64,000 nt of DNA from the human T2T-CHM13v2.0 reference genome, Homo sapiens. The translations under genes were made by a program, and so were the position numbers. Below the pieces are notes generated by a model. The model saw nothing but the letters and a program-made list of their open reading frames with translations. It searched no databases and was not told the DNA's origin. The stretch lies in assembly GCF_009914755.1 (NCBI RefSeq), contig NC_060948.1, one strand, 5' to 3'. This document shows positions 1 through 14,273 of the stretch, piece after piece; position 1 is the stretch's first letter; every line of letters begins with the position of its first letter.

Positions 1-52
1 GAATGGAGTGGAGTGGACTCGAATATAATGGACTAGAATGGAATGAAATCAC

Positions 53-3000
53 ATGGAATGGGAACGAATGGAATGGAATGGAAAGGAATGGAATCGAATG
101 GAAAGGAATCGAATGGAAGGGAATGAAATTGAATCAACAGGAATGGAAGGGAGTAGAATAGACGGTAATGGAATGGACTCGAATAGAATGGACACGAATG
201 CTCAAATTGAATGGACTCGAATGGAATGGCAACGAAAGGAATGTCATCGAATGGAATTGAATCGATTGGAATGAAATCACATAGAATGGAGTGGAATCAA
301 ATGGAATTGAATCGAAAGGAAAGGAAGCGAATGGACTGAAATGAAATGGAATGGAATTGAATGGAAATTAATGCAATGGAATAGAATGGAACGAAATTTC
401 ACGGAATGGAATCAAACTGAATGGAATCAAATCAATGGAATATAATCAAATGGAATGGAAAGGAATTGAATGGAGTAGATTGAATTGGATGGGATTGGAA
501 TGAAATGTACTGGAAAGGACTCGAATTTCATGAAACGGAATGGAATGAATTAGAACGGAATGGACTCGAATGGAATGGAATGTCATGGAATGGCATCAAA
601 TGGAATGGAATCGAATGCGATGGAATGCTATGGAATGGAATGGAATGCATTGGAGTGGAATGTCCTCTAATGGAATGTATTCGAGTGGAATGGAATCGAA
701 TATAATGGAGTCGAATGAAATGGAATTGAAAGGAATGGGACCGAATACAATGGAATATACTGGAATGTAATGTAATGAACTCGAATGTAATTGACTGGAA
801 TGGAATGTACATGAATGGAATGTAATCGAATGGAAAGCAATCCAATGGAATAGAATCTAATGCAATAAAATCGACTCAAATAGAGTAGAATGTAATGGAA
901 TGGAGTGCAGTGCAATGGAATGGAATGGAATGGAATGCAATGGAATGGAATGGAATGGAATGGGATGGAATGGTATGGAATGGATAGTAATGGACTGGAG
1001 TGAAATGGACTGGAAAAGAATGGACTCAAATTGAAAGGGCTCGAAAGGAATGGAGTCAAATGGAATGGTCTGGAATGGAATGAACACGAATGTAATGCAA
1101 TCCAATAGAATGGAATCGAATGGCATGGAATATAAAGAAATGGAATCGAAGAGAATGGAAACAAATGGAATGGAATTGAATGGAATGGAATTGAATGGAA
1201 TGGGAACGAATGGAGTGAAATTGTATGCAGTAGAAGAGAATAGAATGGAATGCAAGCGAAAGGAAAGGAATGGATTGGAATGGAATGGAATTCATTGGAA
1301 TGGTAGGGAATGTAGTGTAATGGACAGGCCTGGAATAAAGTGGAATGCTACGGTCTCGAATGGAATAAAAATGTATGGAACGGAATGCAATGAAACGGAA
1401 TCGAATGTCATAGAATGTAATGGAATGCAAAAAAATGGACTCCAAAATCATTGACTGGAAAGGCTGGGTGTCGAAAGGAATTGACTCCAATGGAATGGAA
1501 TCGAATGGAATGGAAGTGAATAGAATCGAACTAAATCGAATGGAATGGAATTGATAGGAACGGAATGGAAAGGAATGCAATGATTTGGCATGGAATGGAA
1601 TCGAATGGCATCGAATGGAATGGAATGGAATGCAATGGAATGGAATGTATTAGAATGTAATGAACTTTAATGGAATGTACTCGAATGGATTCGACTGGAA
1701 TGGAATGTTCTCGAAGTGAATGGACTCCAATGGAATGGATTCGAAAGGAATGGAATCTAGTGGAATGGAATTAAATGCAAATGAATCAAATTGAATAGAA
1801 CGGAATTGAATTGAATGGAATCGAATGCAATGGAATCTAATGAAACGGAAAGGAAAGGAATGGAATGGATTGGAATGGAATGGGCTGGAATGGAATGGAA
1901 GCGAAACGAATGGAATGGAATCGAACTGAAGAGACTGGAATGGAATGCACTGGAATGGAAGGGAATGTAATGGAAGGTTCTCGAAAAAAATGGAATCGAA
2001 AGGAATGGAATTGAATGGAACGGAATAGAGTCGAATGGAATTGAATGGAATGGAATGGACTAGAGTGAAATGGAATCGAACCACAAGGAATGGACAGGAA
2101 TAGAATGGTCTCGAATTGAATGGAATCGTATGGAATGGCATCAAACGGAATGGAATGGACAGCCACGGAATGGAATGGACACCCACGGAATGGAATGCAC
2201 TCGAATGCAATGGAGTCGACACTAATGGACTGGAATAGAATGGACTCGACTGGTACGGACTCCAATGGAATGGAATCGAATGGAAGGGAATCGAAAGGAA
2301 TGGACTCGAAGGGAAAAGACTGCAATGGAAAGGTCTCCAATGGAATGGAAATTAATGGAATGGGATGGAATCGAATGAAATGGAGTCAAAAGGAATGGAA
2401 TCGAATGGCAAGAAATCGAATGTAATGGAATCGCAAGGAATTGATGTGAACGGAACGGAATGGAATGGAATCCAAAGGAATGGAATAGAATGGAATGGAA
2501 TCGAATGGAAAGGACTCGAATGGAAATCACTCGAATAGAATGCAATTTAATAAAATAGGATCAAATGTAATGGAATGGAATGGAAAGGAATAGAAACGAA
2601 AGGAATGGAGACAGATGGAATGGAATGGAACAGAGAGCAATGGTATAGAATGGAATGGAATCATCTGGAATGGAATTGAATGGAATGGAATAATATGAAA
2701 TGGAATGGAATTTAATGGAATGGAATGCCCTTGTATTAAATGGACTGGAATGGAATGGACTCGAACAGAGTGGAATGGAAAGTGTTGAAATAGAATGGAA
2801 TGGACTCGTTTGGAATGGTCTAGTATGCAATGCAATCGACTGGCAGGGAATCAAAAGGAATGTAATCGAATGGATTGGACTGGAATGCAATGGACTCGAA
2901 TAGATTGGAAACGGAAAGCAAAGGAATGGAATGGAATAGTATGGAATGGAATGGAAAGGAATGGAGAGGAATAGACTAGAGTGGAATGGAATGGACTCGA

Positions 3001-3606
3001 AAGCAATGGACTGGAATGGAACTTTCTTGAATGGACTGGAATCAAAGGGAATGGAATGCAATGCAATCAAATGGCATGGAATAAAATAGAATGAAAGAGA
3101 ATCAAATGGAATTGAATCGAATGGAATCGAATGGATTGGAAAGGAATAGAATGGAATGGAATGGAATTGACTCAAATGGAATGGACTAGAATGGAATGGA
3201 TTCGAATGGAAGGCAAAGGAATGGAATCTATTGGAATGGACTGTAATGGAATGGAATGGAAGGGATTGGAATGGACTCGAATGGAATGGACTGCAATAGA
3301 AAGGATTCGAATGGAATGAAAAAGAATTGAATGGAATAGAACAGAATGGAATCAAATCGAATGAAATGGAATGGAATAGAAAGGAATGGAATGAAATGGA
3401 ATGGAAAGGATTCGAATGGAATGCAATCGAATGGAATGAAATCGAATGGAATGGAATCGAACGGAATGGAATAAAATGGAAGAAAACTGGCAAGAAATGG
3501 AGTCGAAATGAATGGAGTGTTATGGAACGGACTCAAAAGGAATTGAATGTAATAGAATGGAGTGGAGTGGACTCGAATATAATGGACTGGAATGGAATGA
3601 AATCAC
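53..3606 (+). repeat. DYZ1 unit U1 (3554 bp)
   Basis: Anchor 'aatcacATGgaat' at 53 recurs at 3607; the same set of pseudo-ORFs recurs in every unit. Confidence 0.9.
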
Positions 3607-6600
3607 ATGGAATGAGAACGAATGGAATGGAATGGAAAGGAATGGAATCGAATGGAAAGGAATCGAATGGAAGGGAATGAAATTGAATCAACAGGAATGG
3701 AAGGGAGTAGAATAGACGGTAATGGAATGGACTCGAATAGAATGGACACGAATGCTCAAATTGAATGGACTCGAATGGAATGGAAACGAAAGGAATGTCA
3801 TCGAATGGAATTGAATCGATTGGAATGAAATCACATAGAATGGAGTGGAATCAAATGGAATTGAATCGAAAGGAAAGGAAGCGAATGGACTGAAATGAAA
3901 TGGAATGGAATTGAATGGAAAGTAATGCAATGGAATAGAATGGAACGAAATTTCACGGAATGGAATCAAACTGAATGGAATCAAATCAATGGAATATAAT
4001 CAAATGGAATGGAAAGGAATTGAATGGAGTAGATTGGATTGGATGGGATTGGAATGAAATGTACTGGAAAGGACTCGAATTTCATGAAACGGAATGGAAT
4101 GAATTAGAACGGAATGGACTCGAATGGAATGGAATGTCATGGAATGGCATCAAATGGAATGGAATCGAATGCCATGGAATGCTATGGAATGGAATGGAAT
4201 GCATTGGAATGGAATGTCCTCTAATGGAATGTATTCGAGTGGAATGGAATCGAATATAATGGAGTCTAATGAAAGGGAATTGAAAGGAATGGGACCGAAT
4301 ACAATGGAATATACTGGAATGTAATGTAATGAACTCGAATGTAATTGACTGGAATGGAATGTACATGAATGGAATGTAATCGAATGGAAAGCAATCCAAT
4401 GGAATAGAATCTAATGCAATAAAATGGACTCAAATAGAGTAGAATGTAATGGAATGGAGTGCAGGGCAATGGAATGGAATGGAATGGAATGCAATGGAAT
4501 GGAATGGAATGGAATGGAATGGAATGGGATGGAATGGTATGGAATGGATAGTAATGGACTGGAGTGAAATGGACTGGAAAAGAAGGGACTCAAATTGAAA
4601 GGGCTCGAAAGGAATGGAGTCAAATGGAATGGTCTGGAATGGAATGAACATGAATGTAATGCAATCCAATAGAATGGAATCGAATGGCATGGAATATAAA
4701 GAAATGGAATCGAAGAGAATGGAAACAAATGGAATGGAATTGAATGGAATGGAATTGAATGGAATGGGAACGAATGGAGTGAAATTGTATGCAGTAGAAG
4801 AGAATAGAATGGAATGCAAGCGAAAGGAAAGGAATGGATTGGAATGGAATGGAATTCATTGGAATGGAAGGGAATGTAGTGTAATGGACAGGCCTGGAAT
4901 AAAGTGGAATGCTACGGTCTCGAATGGAATAAAAATGTATGGAATGGAATGCAATGAAACGGAATCGAATGTCATAGAATGTAATGGAATGCAAAAAAAT
5001 GGAATCCAAAATCATTGACTGGAAAGGCTGGGTGTCGAAAGGAATTGACTCCAATGGAATGGAATCGAATGGAATGGAAGTGAATAGAATCGAACTAAAT
5101 CGAATGGAATGGAATTGATAGGAACGGAATGGAAAGGAATGCAATGATTTGGCATGGAATGGAATCGAATGGCATCGAATGGAATGGAATGGAATGCAAT
5201 GGAATGGAATGTATTAGAATGTAATGAACTTTAATGGAATGTACTCTAATGGATTCGACTGGAATGGAATGTTCTCGAAGTGAATGGACTCCAATGGAAT
5301 GGATTCGAAAGGAATGGAATCTAATGGAATGGAATTAAATGGAAATGAATCAAATTGAATAGAACGGAATTGAATTGAATGGAATCGAATGCAATGGAAT
5401 CTAATGAAACGGAAAGGAAAGGAATGGAATGGATTGGAATGGAATGGGCTGGAATGGAATGGAATCGAAACGAATGGAATGGAATCGAACTGAAGAGACT
5501 GGAATGGAATGCACTGGAATGGAAGGGAATGTAATGGAAGGTTCTCGAAAAAAATGGAATCGAAAGGAATGGAATTGAATGGAACGGAATAGAGTCGAAT
5601 GGAATTGAATGGAATGGAATGGACTAGAGTGAAATGGAATCGAACCACAAGGAATGGACAGGAATACAATGGTCTCGAATTGAATGGAATCGTATGGAAT
5701 GGCATCAAACGGAATGGAATGGACAGCCACGGAATGGAATGGACACCCACGGAATGGAATGCACTCGAATGCAATGGAGTCGACAATAATGGACTGGAAT
5801 AGAATGGACTCGACTGGTACGGACTCCAATGGAATGGAATCGAATGGAAGGGAATCGAACGGAATGGACTCGAAGGGAAAAGACTGCAATGGAAAGGTCT
5901 CCAATGGAATGGAAATTAATGGAATGGAATGGAATCGAACGAAATGGAGTCAAAAGGAATGGAATCGAATGGCAAGAAATCGAATGTAATGGAATCGCAA
6001 GGAATTGATGTGAACGGAACGGAATGGAATGGAATCCAAAGGAATGGAATAGAATGGAATGGAATCGAATGGAAAGGACTCGAATGGAAATCACTCGAAT
6101 AGAATGCAATTTAATAAAATAGGATCAAATGTAATGGAATGGAATGGAAAGGAATCGAAACGAAAGGAAAGGAGACAGATGGAATGGAATGGAACAGAGA
6201 GCAATGGTATAGAATGGAATGGAATCATCTGGAATGGAAGTGAATGGAATGGAATAATATGAAATGGAATGGAATTTAATGGAATGGAATGCCCTTGTAT
6301 TAAATGGACTGGAATGGAATGGACTCGAACAGAGTGGAATGGAAAGTGTTGAAATAGAATGGAATGGACTCGTTTGGAATGGTCTAGTATGCAATGCAAT
6401 CGACTGGCAGGGAATCAAAAGGAATGTAATCGAATGGATTGGACTGGAATGCAATGGACTCGAATAGATTGGAAACGGAAAGCAAAGGAATGGAATGGAA
6501 TAGTATGGAATGGAATGGAAAGGAATGGAGAGGAATAGACTAGAGTGGAATGGAATGGACTCGAAAGCAATGGACTGGAATGGAACTTTCTTGAATGGAC

Positions 6601-7170
6601 TGGAATCAAACGGAATGGAATGCAATGCAATCAAATGGCATGGAATAAAATAGAATGAAAGAGAATCAAATGGAATTGAATCGAATGGAATCGAATGGAT
6701 TGGAAAGGAATAGAATGGAATGGAATGGAATTGACTCAAATGGAATGGACTAGAATGGAATGGATTCGAATGGAAGGCAAAGGAATGGAATCTATTGGAA
6801 TGGACTGTAATGGAATGGAATGGAAGGGATTGGAATGGACTCGAATGGAATGGACTGCAATAGAAAGGATTCGAATGGAATGAAAAAGAATTGAATGGAA
6901 TAGAACAGAATGGAATCAAATCGAATGAAATGGAATGGAATAGAAAGGAATGGAATGAAATGGAATGGAAAGGATTCGAATGGAATGCAATCGAATGGAA
7001 TGAAATCGAATGGAATGGAATCGAACGGAATGGAATAAAATGGAAGAAAACTGGCAAGAAATGGAGTCGAAATGAATGGAGTGTTATGGAACGGACTCAA
7101 AAGGAATTGAATGTAATAGAATGGAGTGGAGTGGACTCGAATATAATGGACTGGAATGGAATGAAATCAC
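3607..7170 (+). repeat. DYZ1 unit U2 (3564 bp)
   Basis: Anchor spacing 3607-7171; NcoI variant CCATGG at 4172. Confidence 0.9.
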
Positions 7171-10100
7171 ATGGAATGGGAACGAATGGAATGGAATGGA
7201 AAGGAATGGAATCGAATGGAAAGGAATCGAATGGAAGGGAATGAAATTGAATCAACAGGAATGGAAGGGAGTAGAATAGACGGTAATGGAATGGACTCGA
7301 ATAGAATGGACACGAATGCTCAAATTGAATGGACTCGAATGGAATGGAAACGAAAGGAATGTCATCGAATGGAATTGAATCGATTGGAATGAAATCACAT
7401 AGAATGGAGTGGAATCAAATGGAATTGAATCGAAAGGAAAGGAAGCGAATGGACTGAAATGAAATGGAATGGAATTGAATGGAAAGTAATGCAATGGAAT
7501 AGAATGGAACGAAATTTCACGGAATGGAATCAAACTGAATGGAATCAAATCAATGGAATATAATCAAATGGAATGGAAAGGAATTGAATGGAGTAGATTG
7601 GATTGGATGGGATTGGAATGAAATGTACTGGAAAGGACTCGAATTTCATGAAACGGAATGGAATGAATTAGAACGGAATTTACTCGAATGGAATGGAATG
7701 TCATGGAATGGCATCAAATGGAATGGAATCGAATGCCATGGAATGCTATGGAATGGAATGGAATGCATTGGAATGGAATGTCCTCTAATGGAATGTATTC
7801 GAGTGGAATGGAATCGAATATAATGGAGTCTAATGAAAGGGAATTGAAAGGAATGGGACCGAATACAATGGAATATACTGGAATGTAATGTAATGAACTC
7901 GAATGTAATTGACTGGAATGGAATGTACATGAATGGAATGTAATCGAATGGAAAGCAATCCAATGGAATAGAATCTAATGCAATAAAATGGACTCAAATA
8001 GAGTAGAATGTAATGGAATGGAGTGCAGGGCAATGGAATGGAATGGAATGGAATGCAATGGAATGGAATGGAATGGAATGGAATGGAATGGGATGGAATG
8101 GTATGGAATGGATAGTAATGGACTGGAGTGAAATGGACTGGAAAAGAAGGGACTCAAATTGAAAGGGCTCGAAAGGAATGGAGTCAAATGGAATGGTCTG
8201 GAATGGAATGAACATGAATGTAATGCAATCCAATAGAATGGAATCGAATGGCATGGAATATAAAGAAATGGAATCGAAGAGAATGGAAACAAATGGAATG
8301 GAATTGAATGGAATGGAATTGAATGGAATGGGAACGAATGGAGTGAAATTGTATGCAGTAGAAGAGAATAGAATGGAATGCAAGCGAAAGGAAAGGAATG
8401 GATTGGAATGGAATGGAATTCATTGGAATGGAAGGGAATGTAGTGTAATGGACAGGCCTGGAATAAAGTGGAATGCTACGGTCTCGAATGGAATAAAAAT
8501 GTATGGAATGGAATGCAATGAAACGGAATCGAATGTCATAGAATGTAATGGAATGCAAAAAAATGGAATCCAAAATCATTGACTGGAAAGGCTGGGTGTC
8601 GAAAGGAATTGACTCCAATGGAATGGAATCGAATGGAATGGAAGTGAATAGAATCGAACTAAATCGAATGGAATGGAATTGATAGGAACGGAATGGAAAG
8701 GAATGCAATGATTTGGCATGGAATGGAATCGAATGGCATCGAATGGAATGGAATGGAATGCAATGGAATGGAATGTATTAGAATGTAATGAACTTTAATG
8801 GAATGTACTCTAATGGATTCGACTGGAATGGAATGTTCTCGAAGTGAATGGACTCCAATGGAATGGATTCGAAAGGAATGGAATCTAATGGAATGGAATT
8901 AAATGGAAATGAATCAAATTGAATAGAACGGAATTGAATTGAATGGAATCGAATGCAATGGAATCTAATGAAACGGAAAGGAAAGGAATGGAATGGATTG
9001 GAATGGAATGGGCTGGAATGGAATGGAATCGAAACGAATGGAATGGAATCGAACTGAAGAGACTGGAATGGAATGCACTGGAATGGAAGGGAATGTAATG
9101 GAAGGTTCTCGAAAAAAATGGAATCGAAAGGAATGGAATTGAATGGAACGGAATAGAGTCGAATGGAATTGAATGGAATGGAATGGACTAGAGTGAAATG
9201 GAATCGAACCACAAGGAATGGACAGGAATACAATGGTCTCGAATTGAATGGAATCGTATGGAATGGCATCAAACGGAATGGAATGGACAGCCACGGAATG
9301 GAATGGACACCCACGGAATGGAATGCACTCGAATGCAATGGAGTCGACAATAATGGACTGGAATAGAATGGACTCGACTGGTACGGACTCCAATGGAATG
9401 GAATCGAATGGAAGGGAATCGAACGGAATGGACTCGAAGGGAAAAGACTGCAATGGAAAGGTCTCCAATGGAATGGAAATTAATGGAATGGAATGGAATC
9501 GAACGAAATGGAGTCAAAAGGAATGGAATCGAATGGCAAGAAATCGAATGTAATGGAATCGCAAGGAATTGATGTGAACGGAACGGAATGGAATGGAATC
9601 CAAAGGAATGGAATAGAATGGAATGGAATCGAATGGAAAGGACTCGAATGGAAATCACTCGAATAGAATGCAATTTAATAAAATAGGATCAAATGTAATG
9701 GAATGGAATGGAAAGGAATCGAAACGAAAGGAAAGGAGACAGATGGAATGGAATGGAACAGAGAGCAATGGTATAGAATGGAATGGAATCATCTGGAATG
9801 GAAGTGAATGGAATGGAATAATATGAAATGGAATGGAATTTAATGGAATGGAATGCCCTTGTATTAAATGGACTGGAATGGAATGGACTCGAACAGAGTG
9901 GAATGGAAAGTGTTGAAATAGAATGGAATGGACTCGTTTGGAATGGTCTAGTATGCAATGCAATCGACTGGCAGGGAATCAAAAGGAATGTAATCGAATG
10001 GATTGGACTGGAATGCAATGGACTCGAATAGATTGGAAACGGAAAGCAAAGGAATGGAATGGAATAGTATGGAATGGAATGGAAAGGAATGGAGAGGAAT

Positions 10101-10734
10101 AGACTAGAGTGGAATGGAATGGACTCGAAAGCAATGGACTGGAATGGAACTTTCTTGAATGGACTGGAATCAAACGGAATGGAATGCAATGCAATCAAAT
10201 GGCATGGAATAAAATAGAATGAAAGAGAATCAAATGGAATTGAATCGAATGGAATCGAATGGATTGGAAAGGAATAGAATGGAATGGAATGGAATTGACT
10301 CAAATGGAATGGACTAGAATGGAATGGATTCGAATGGAAGGCAAAGGAATGGAATCTATTGGAATGGACTGTAATGGAATGGAATGGAAGGGATTGGAAT
10401 GGACTCGAATGGAATGGACTGCAATAGAAAGGATTCGAATGGAATGAAAAAGAATTGAATGGAATAGAACAGAATGGAATCAAATCGAATGAAATGGAAT
10501 GGAATAGAAAGGAATGGAATGAAATGGAATGGAAAGGATTCGAATGGAATGCAATCGAATGGAATGAAATCGAATGGAATGGAATCGAACGGAATGGAAT
10601 AAAATGGAAGAAAACTGGCAAGAAATGGAGTCGAAATGAATGGAGTGTTATGGAACGGACTCAAAAGGAATTGAATGTAATAGAATGGAGTGGAGTGGAC
10701 TCGAATATAATGGACTGGAATGGAATGAAATCAC
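7171..10734 (+). repeat. DYZ1 unit U3 (3564 bp)
   Basis: Anchor spacing 7171-10735; nearly identical to U2. Confidence 0.9.
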
Positions 10735-13700
10735 ATGGAATGGGAACGAATGGAATGGAATGGAAAGGAATGGAATCGAATGGAAAGGAATCGAATGGAA
10801 GGGAATGAAATTGAATCAACAGGAATGGAAGGGAGTAGAATAGACGGTAATGGAATGGACTCGAATAGAATGGACACGAATGCTCAAATTGAATGGACTC
10901 GAATGGAATGGAAACGAAAGGAATGTCATCGAATGGAATTGAATCGATTGGAATGAAATCACATAGAATGGAGTGGAATCAAATGGAATTGAATCGAAAG
11001 GAAAGGAAGCGAATGGACTGAAATGAAATGGAATGGAATTGAATGGAAAGTAATGCAATGGAATAGAATGGAACGAAATTTCACGGAATGGAATCAAACT
11101 GAATGGAATCAAATCAATGGAATATAATCAAATGGAATGGAAAGGAATTGAATGGAGTAGATTGGATTGGATGGGATTGGAATGAAATGTACTGGAAAGG
11201 ACTCGAATTTCATGAAACGGAATGGAATGAATTAGAACGGAATGGACTCGAATGGAATGGAATGTCATGGAATGGCATCAAATGGAATGGAATCGAATGC
11301 CATGGAATGCTATGGAATGGAATGGAATGCATTGGAATGGAATGTCCTCTAATGGAATGTATTCGAGTGGAATGGAATCGAATATAATGGAGTCTAATGA
11401 AAGGGAATTGAAAGGAATGGGACCGAATACAATGGAATATACTGGAATGTAATGTAATGAACTCGAATGTAATTGACTGGAATGGAATGTACATGAATGG
11501 AATGTAATCGAATGGAAAGCAATCCAATGGAATAGAATCTAATGCAATAAAATGGACTCAAATAGAGTAGAATGTAATGGAATGGAGTGCAGGGCAATGG
11601 AATGGAATGGAATGGAATGCAATGGAATGGAATGGAATGGAATGGAATGGAATGGGATGGAATGGTATGGAATGGATAGTAATGGACTGGAGTGAAATGG
11701 ACTGGAAAAGAAGGGACTCAAATTGAAAGGGCTCGAAAGGAATGGAGTCAAATGGAATGGTCTGGAATGGAATGAACATGAATGTAATGCAATCCAATAG
11801 AATGGAATCGAATGGCATGGAATATAAAGAAATGGAATCGAAGAGAATGGAAACAAATGGAATGGAATTGAATGGAATGGAATTGAATGGAATGGGAACG
11901 AATGGAGTGAAATTGTATGCAGTAGAAGAGAATAGAATGGAATGCAAGCGAAAGGAAAGGAATGGATTGGAATGGAATGGAATTCATTGGAATGGAAGGG
12001 AATGTAGTGTAATGGACAGGCCTGGAATAAAGTGGAATGCTACGGTCTCGAATGGAATAAAAATGTATGGAATGGAATGCAATGAAACGGAATCGAATGT
12101 CATAGAATGTAATGGAATGCAAAAAAATGGAATCCAAAATCATTGACTGGAAAGGCTGGGTGTCGAAAGGAATTGACTCCAATGGAATGGAATCGAATGG
12201 AATGGAAGTGAATAGAATGGAACTAAATCGAATGGAATGGAATTGATAGGAACGGAATGGAAAGGAATGCAATGATTTGGCATGGAATGGAATCGAATGG
12301 CATCGAATGGAATGGAATGGAATGCAATGGAATGGAATGTATTAGAATGTAATGAACTTTAATGGAATGTACTCGAATGGATTCGACTGGAATGGAATGT
12401 TCTCGAAGTGAATGGACTCCAATGGAATGGATTCGAAAGGAATGGAATCTAATGGAATGGAATGAAATGGAAATGAATCAAATTGAATAGAACGGAATTG
12501 AATTGAATGGAATCGAATGCAATGGAATCTAATGAAACGGAAAGGAAAGGAATGGAATGGATTGGAATGGAATGGGCTGGAATGGAATGGAATCGAAACG
12601 AATGGAATGGAATCGAACTGAAGAGACTGGAATGGAATGCACTGGAATGGAAGGGAATGTAATGGAAGGTTCTCGAAAAAAATGGAATCGAAAGGAATGG
12701 AATTGAATGGAACGGAATAGAGTCGAATGGAGTTCAATGGAATGGAATGGACTAGAGTGAAATGGAATCGAACCACAAGGAATGGACAGGAATAGAATGG
12801 TCTCGAATTGAATGGAATCGTATGGAATGGCATCAAACGGAATGGAATGGACAGCCACGGAATGGAATGCACTCGAATGCAATGGAGTCGACACTAATGG
12901 ACTGGAATAGAATGGACTCGACTGGTACGGACTCCAATGGAATGGAATCGAATGGAAGGGAATCGAACGGAATGGACTCGAAGGGAAAAGACTGCAATGG
13001 AAAGGTCTCCAATGGAATGGAAATTAATGGAATGGAATGGAATCGAATGAAATGGAGTCAAAAGGAATGGAATCGAATGGCAAGAAATCGAATGTAATGG
13101 AATCGCAAGGAATTGATGTGAACGGAACGGAATGGAATGGAATCCAAAGGAATGGAATAGAATGGAATGGAATCGAATGGAAAGGACTCGAATGGAAATC
13201 ACTCGAATAGAATGCAATTTAATAAAATAGGATCAAATGTAATGGAATGGAATGGAAAGGAATCGAAACGAAAGGAATGGAGACAGATGGAATGGAATGG
13301 AACAGAGAGCAATGGTATAGAATGGAATGGAATCATCTGGAATGGAATTGAATGGAATGGAATAATATGAAATGGAATGGAATGGAATGGAATGTCCTTG
13401 AATTAAATGGACTGGAATGGAATGGACTCGAACAGAGTGGAATGGAAAGTGTTGAAATAGAATGGAATGGACTCGTTTGGAATGGTCTAGTATGCAATGC
13501 AATAGACTGGCAGGGAATCAAAAGGAATGTAATCGAATGGATTGGACTGGAATGCAATGGACTCGAATAGATTGGAAACGGAAAGCAAAGGAATGGAATG
13601 GAATAGTATGGAATGGAATGCAAAGGAATGGAGTGGAATAGACTAGAGTGGAATGGAATGGAGTCGAAAGCAATGGACTGGAATGGAACTTTCTTGAATG

Positions 13701-14273
13701 GACTGGAATCAAACGGAATGGAATGCAATGCAATCAAATGGCATGGAATAAAATAGAATGAAAGAGAATCAAATGGAATTGAATCGAATGGAATCGAATG
13801 GATTGGAAAGGAATAGAATGGAATGGAATGGAATTGACTCAAATGGAATGGACTAGAATGGAATGGATTCGAATGGAAGGCAAAGGAATGGAATCTATTG
13901 GAATGGACTGTAATGGAATGGAATGGAAGGGATTGGAATGGACTCGAATGGAATGGACTGCAGTAGAAAGGATTCGAATGGAATGAAAAAGAATTGAATG
14001 GAATAGAACAGAATGGAATCAAATCGAATGAAATGGAATGGAATAGAAAGGAATGGAATGAAATGGAATGGAAAGGATTCGAATGGAATGCAATCGAATG
14101 GAATGCAATCGAATGGAATGGAATCGAACGGAATGGAATAAAATGGAAGAAAACTGGCAAGAAATGGAATCGAAATGAATGGAGTGTTATGGAACGGACT
14201 CAAAAGGAATTGAATGTAATAGAATGGAGTGGAGTGGACTCGAATATAATGGACTAGAATGGAATGAAATCAC
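10735..14273 (+). repeat. DYZ1 unit U4 (3539 bp), mosaic
   Basis: The 5' part matches U2/U3. The 3' part lacks the 20-bp duplication and the 5-bp 'ttaat' insertion, and matches U5. Confidence 0.88.

Noticed and set aside
1335-2560. AATAAA hexamers and A-runs as polyadenylation or promoter signals
   Set aside because: They arise readily by point mutation of GGAAT pentamers, and there is no transcript context to support them.
2561-3493. Longest minus-strand ORF (310 aa), repeated in five units
   Set aside because: Its length depends on a 5-bp insertion, and it is 213-275 aa or split in other units. It has no recognisable domain.
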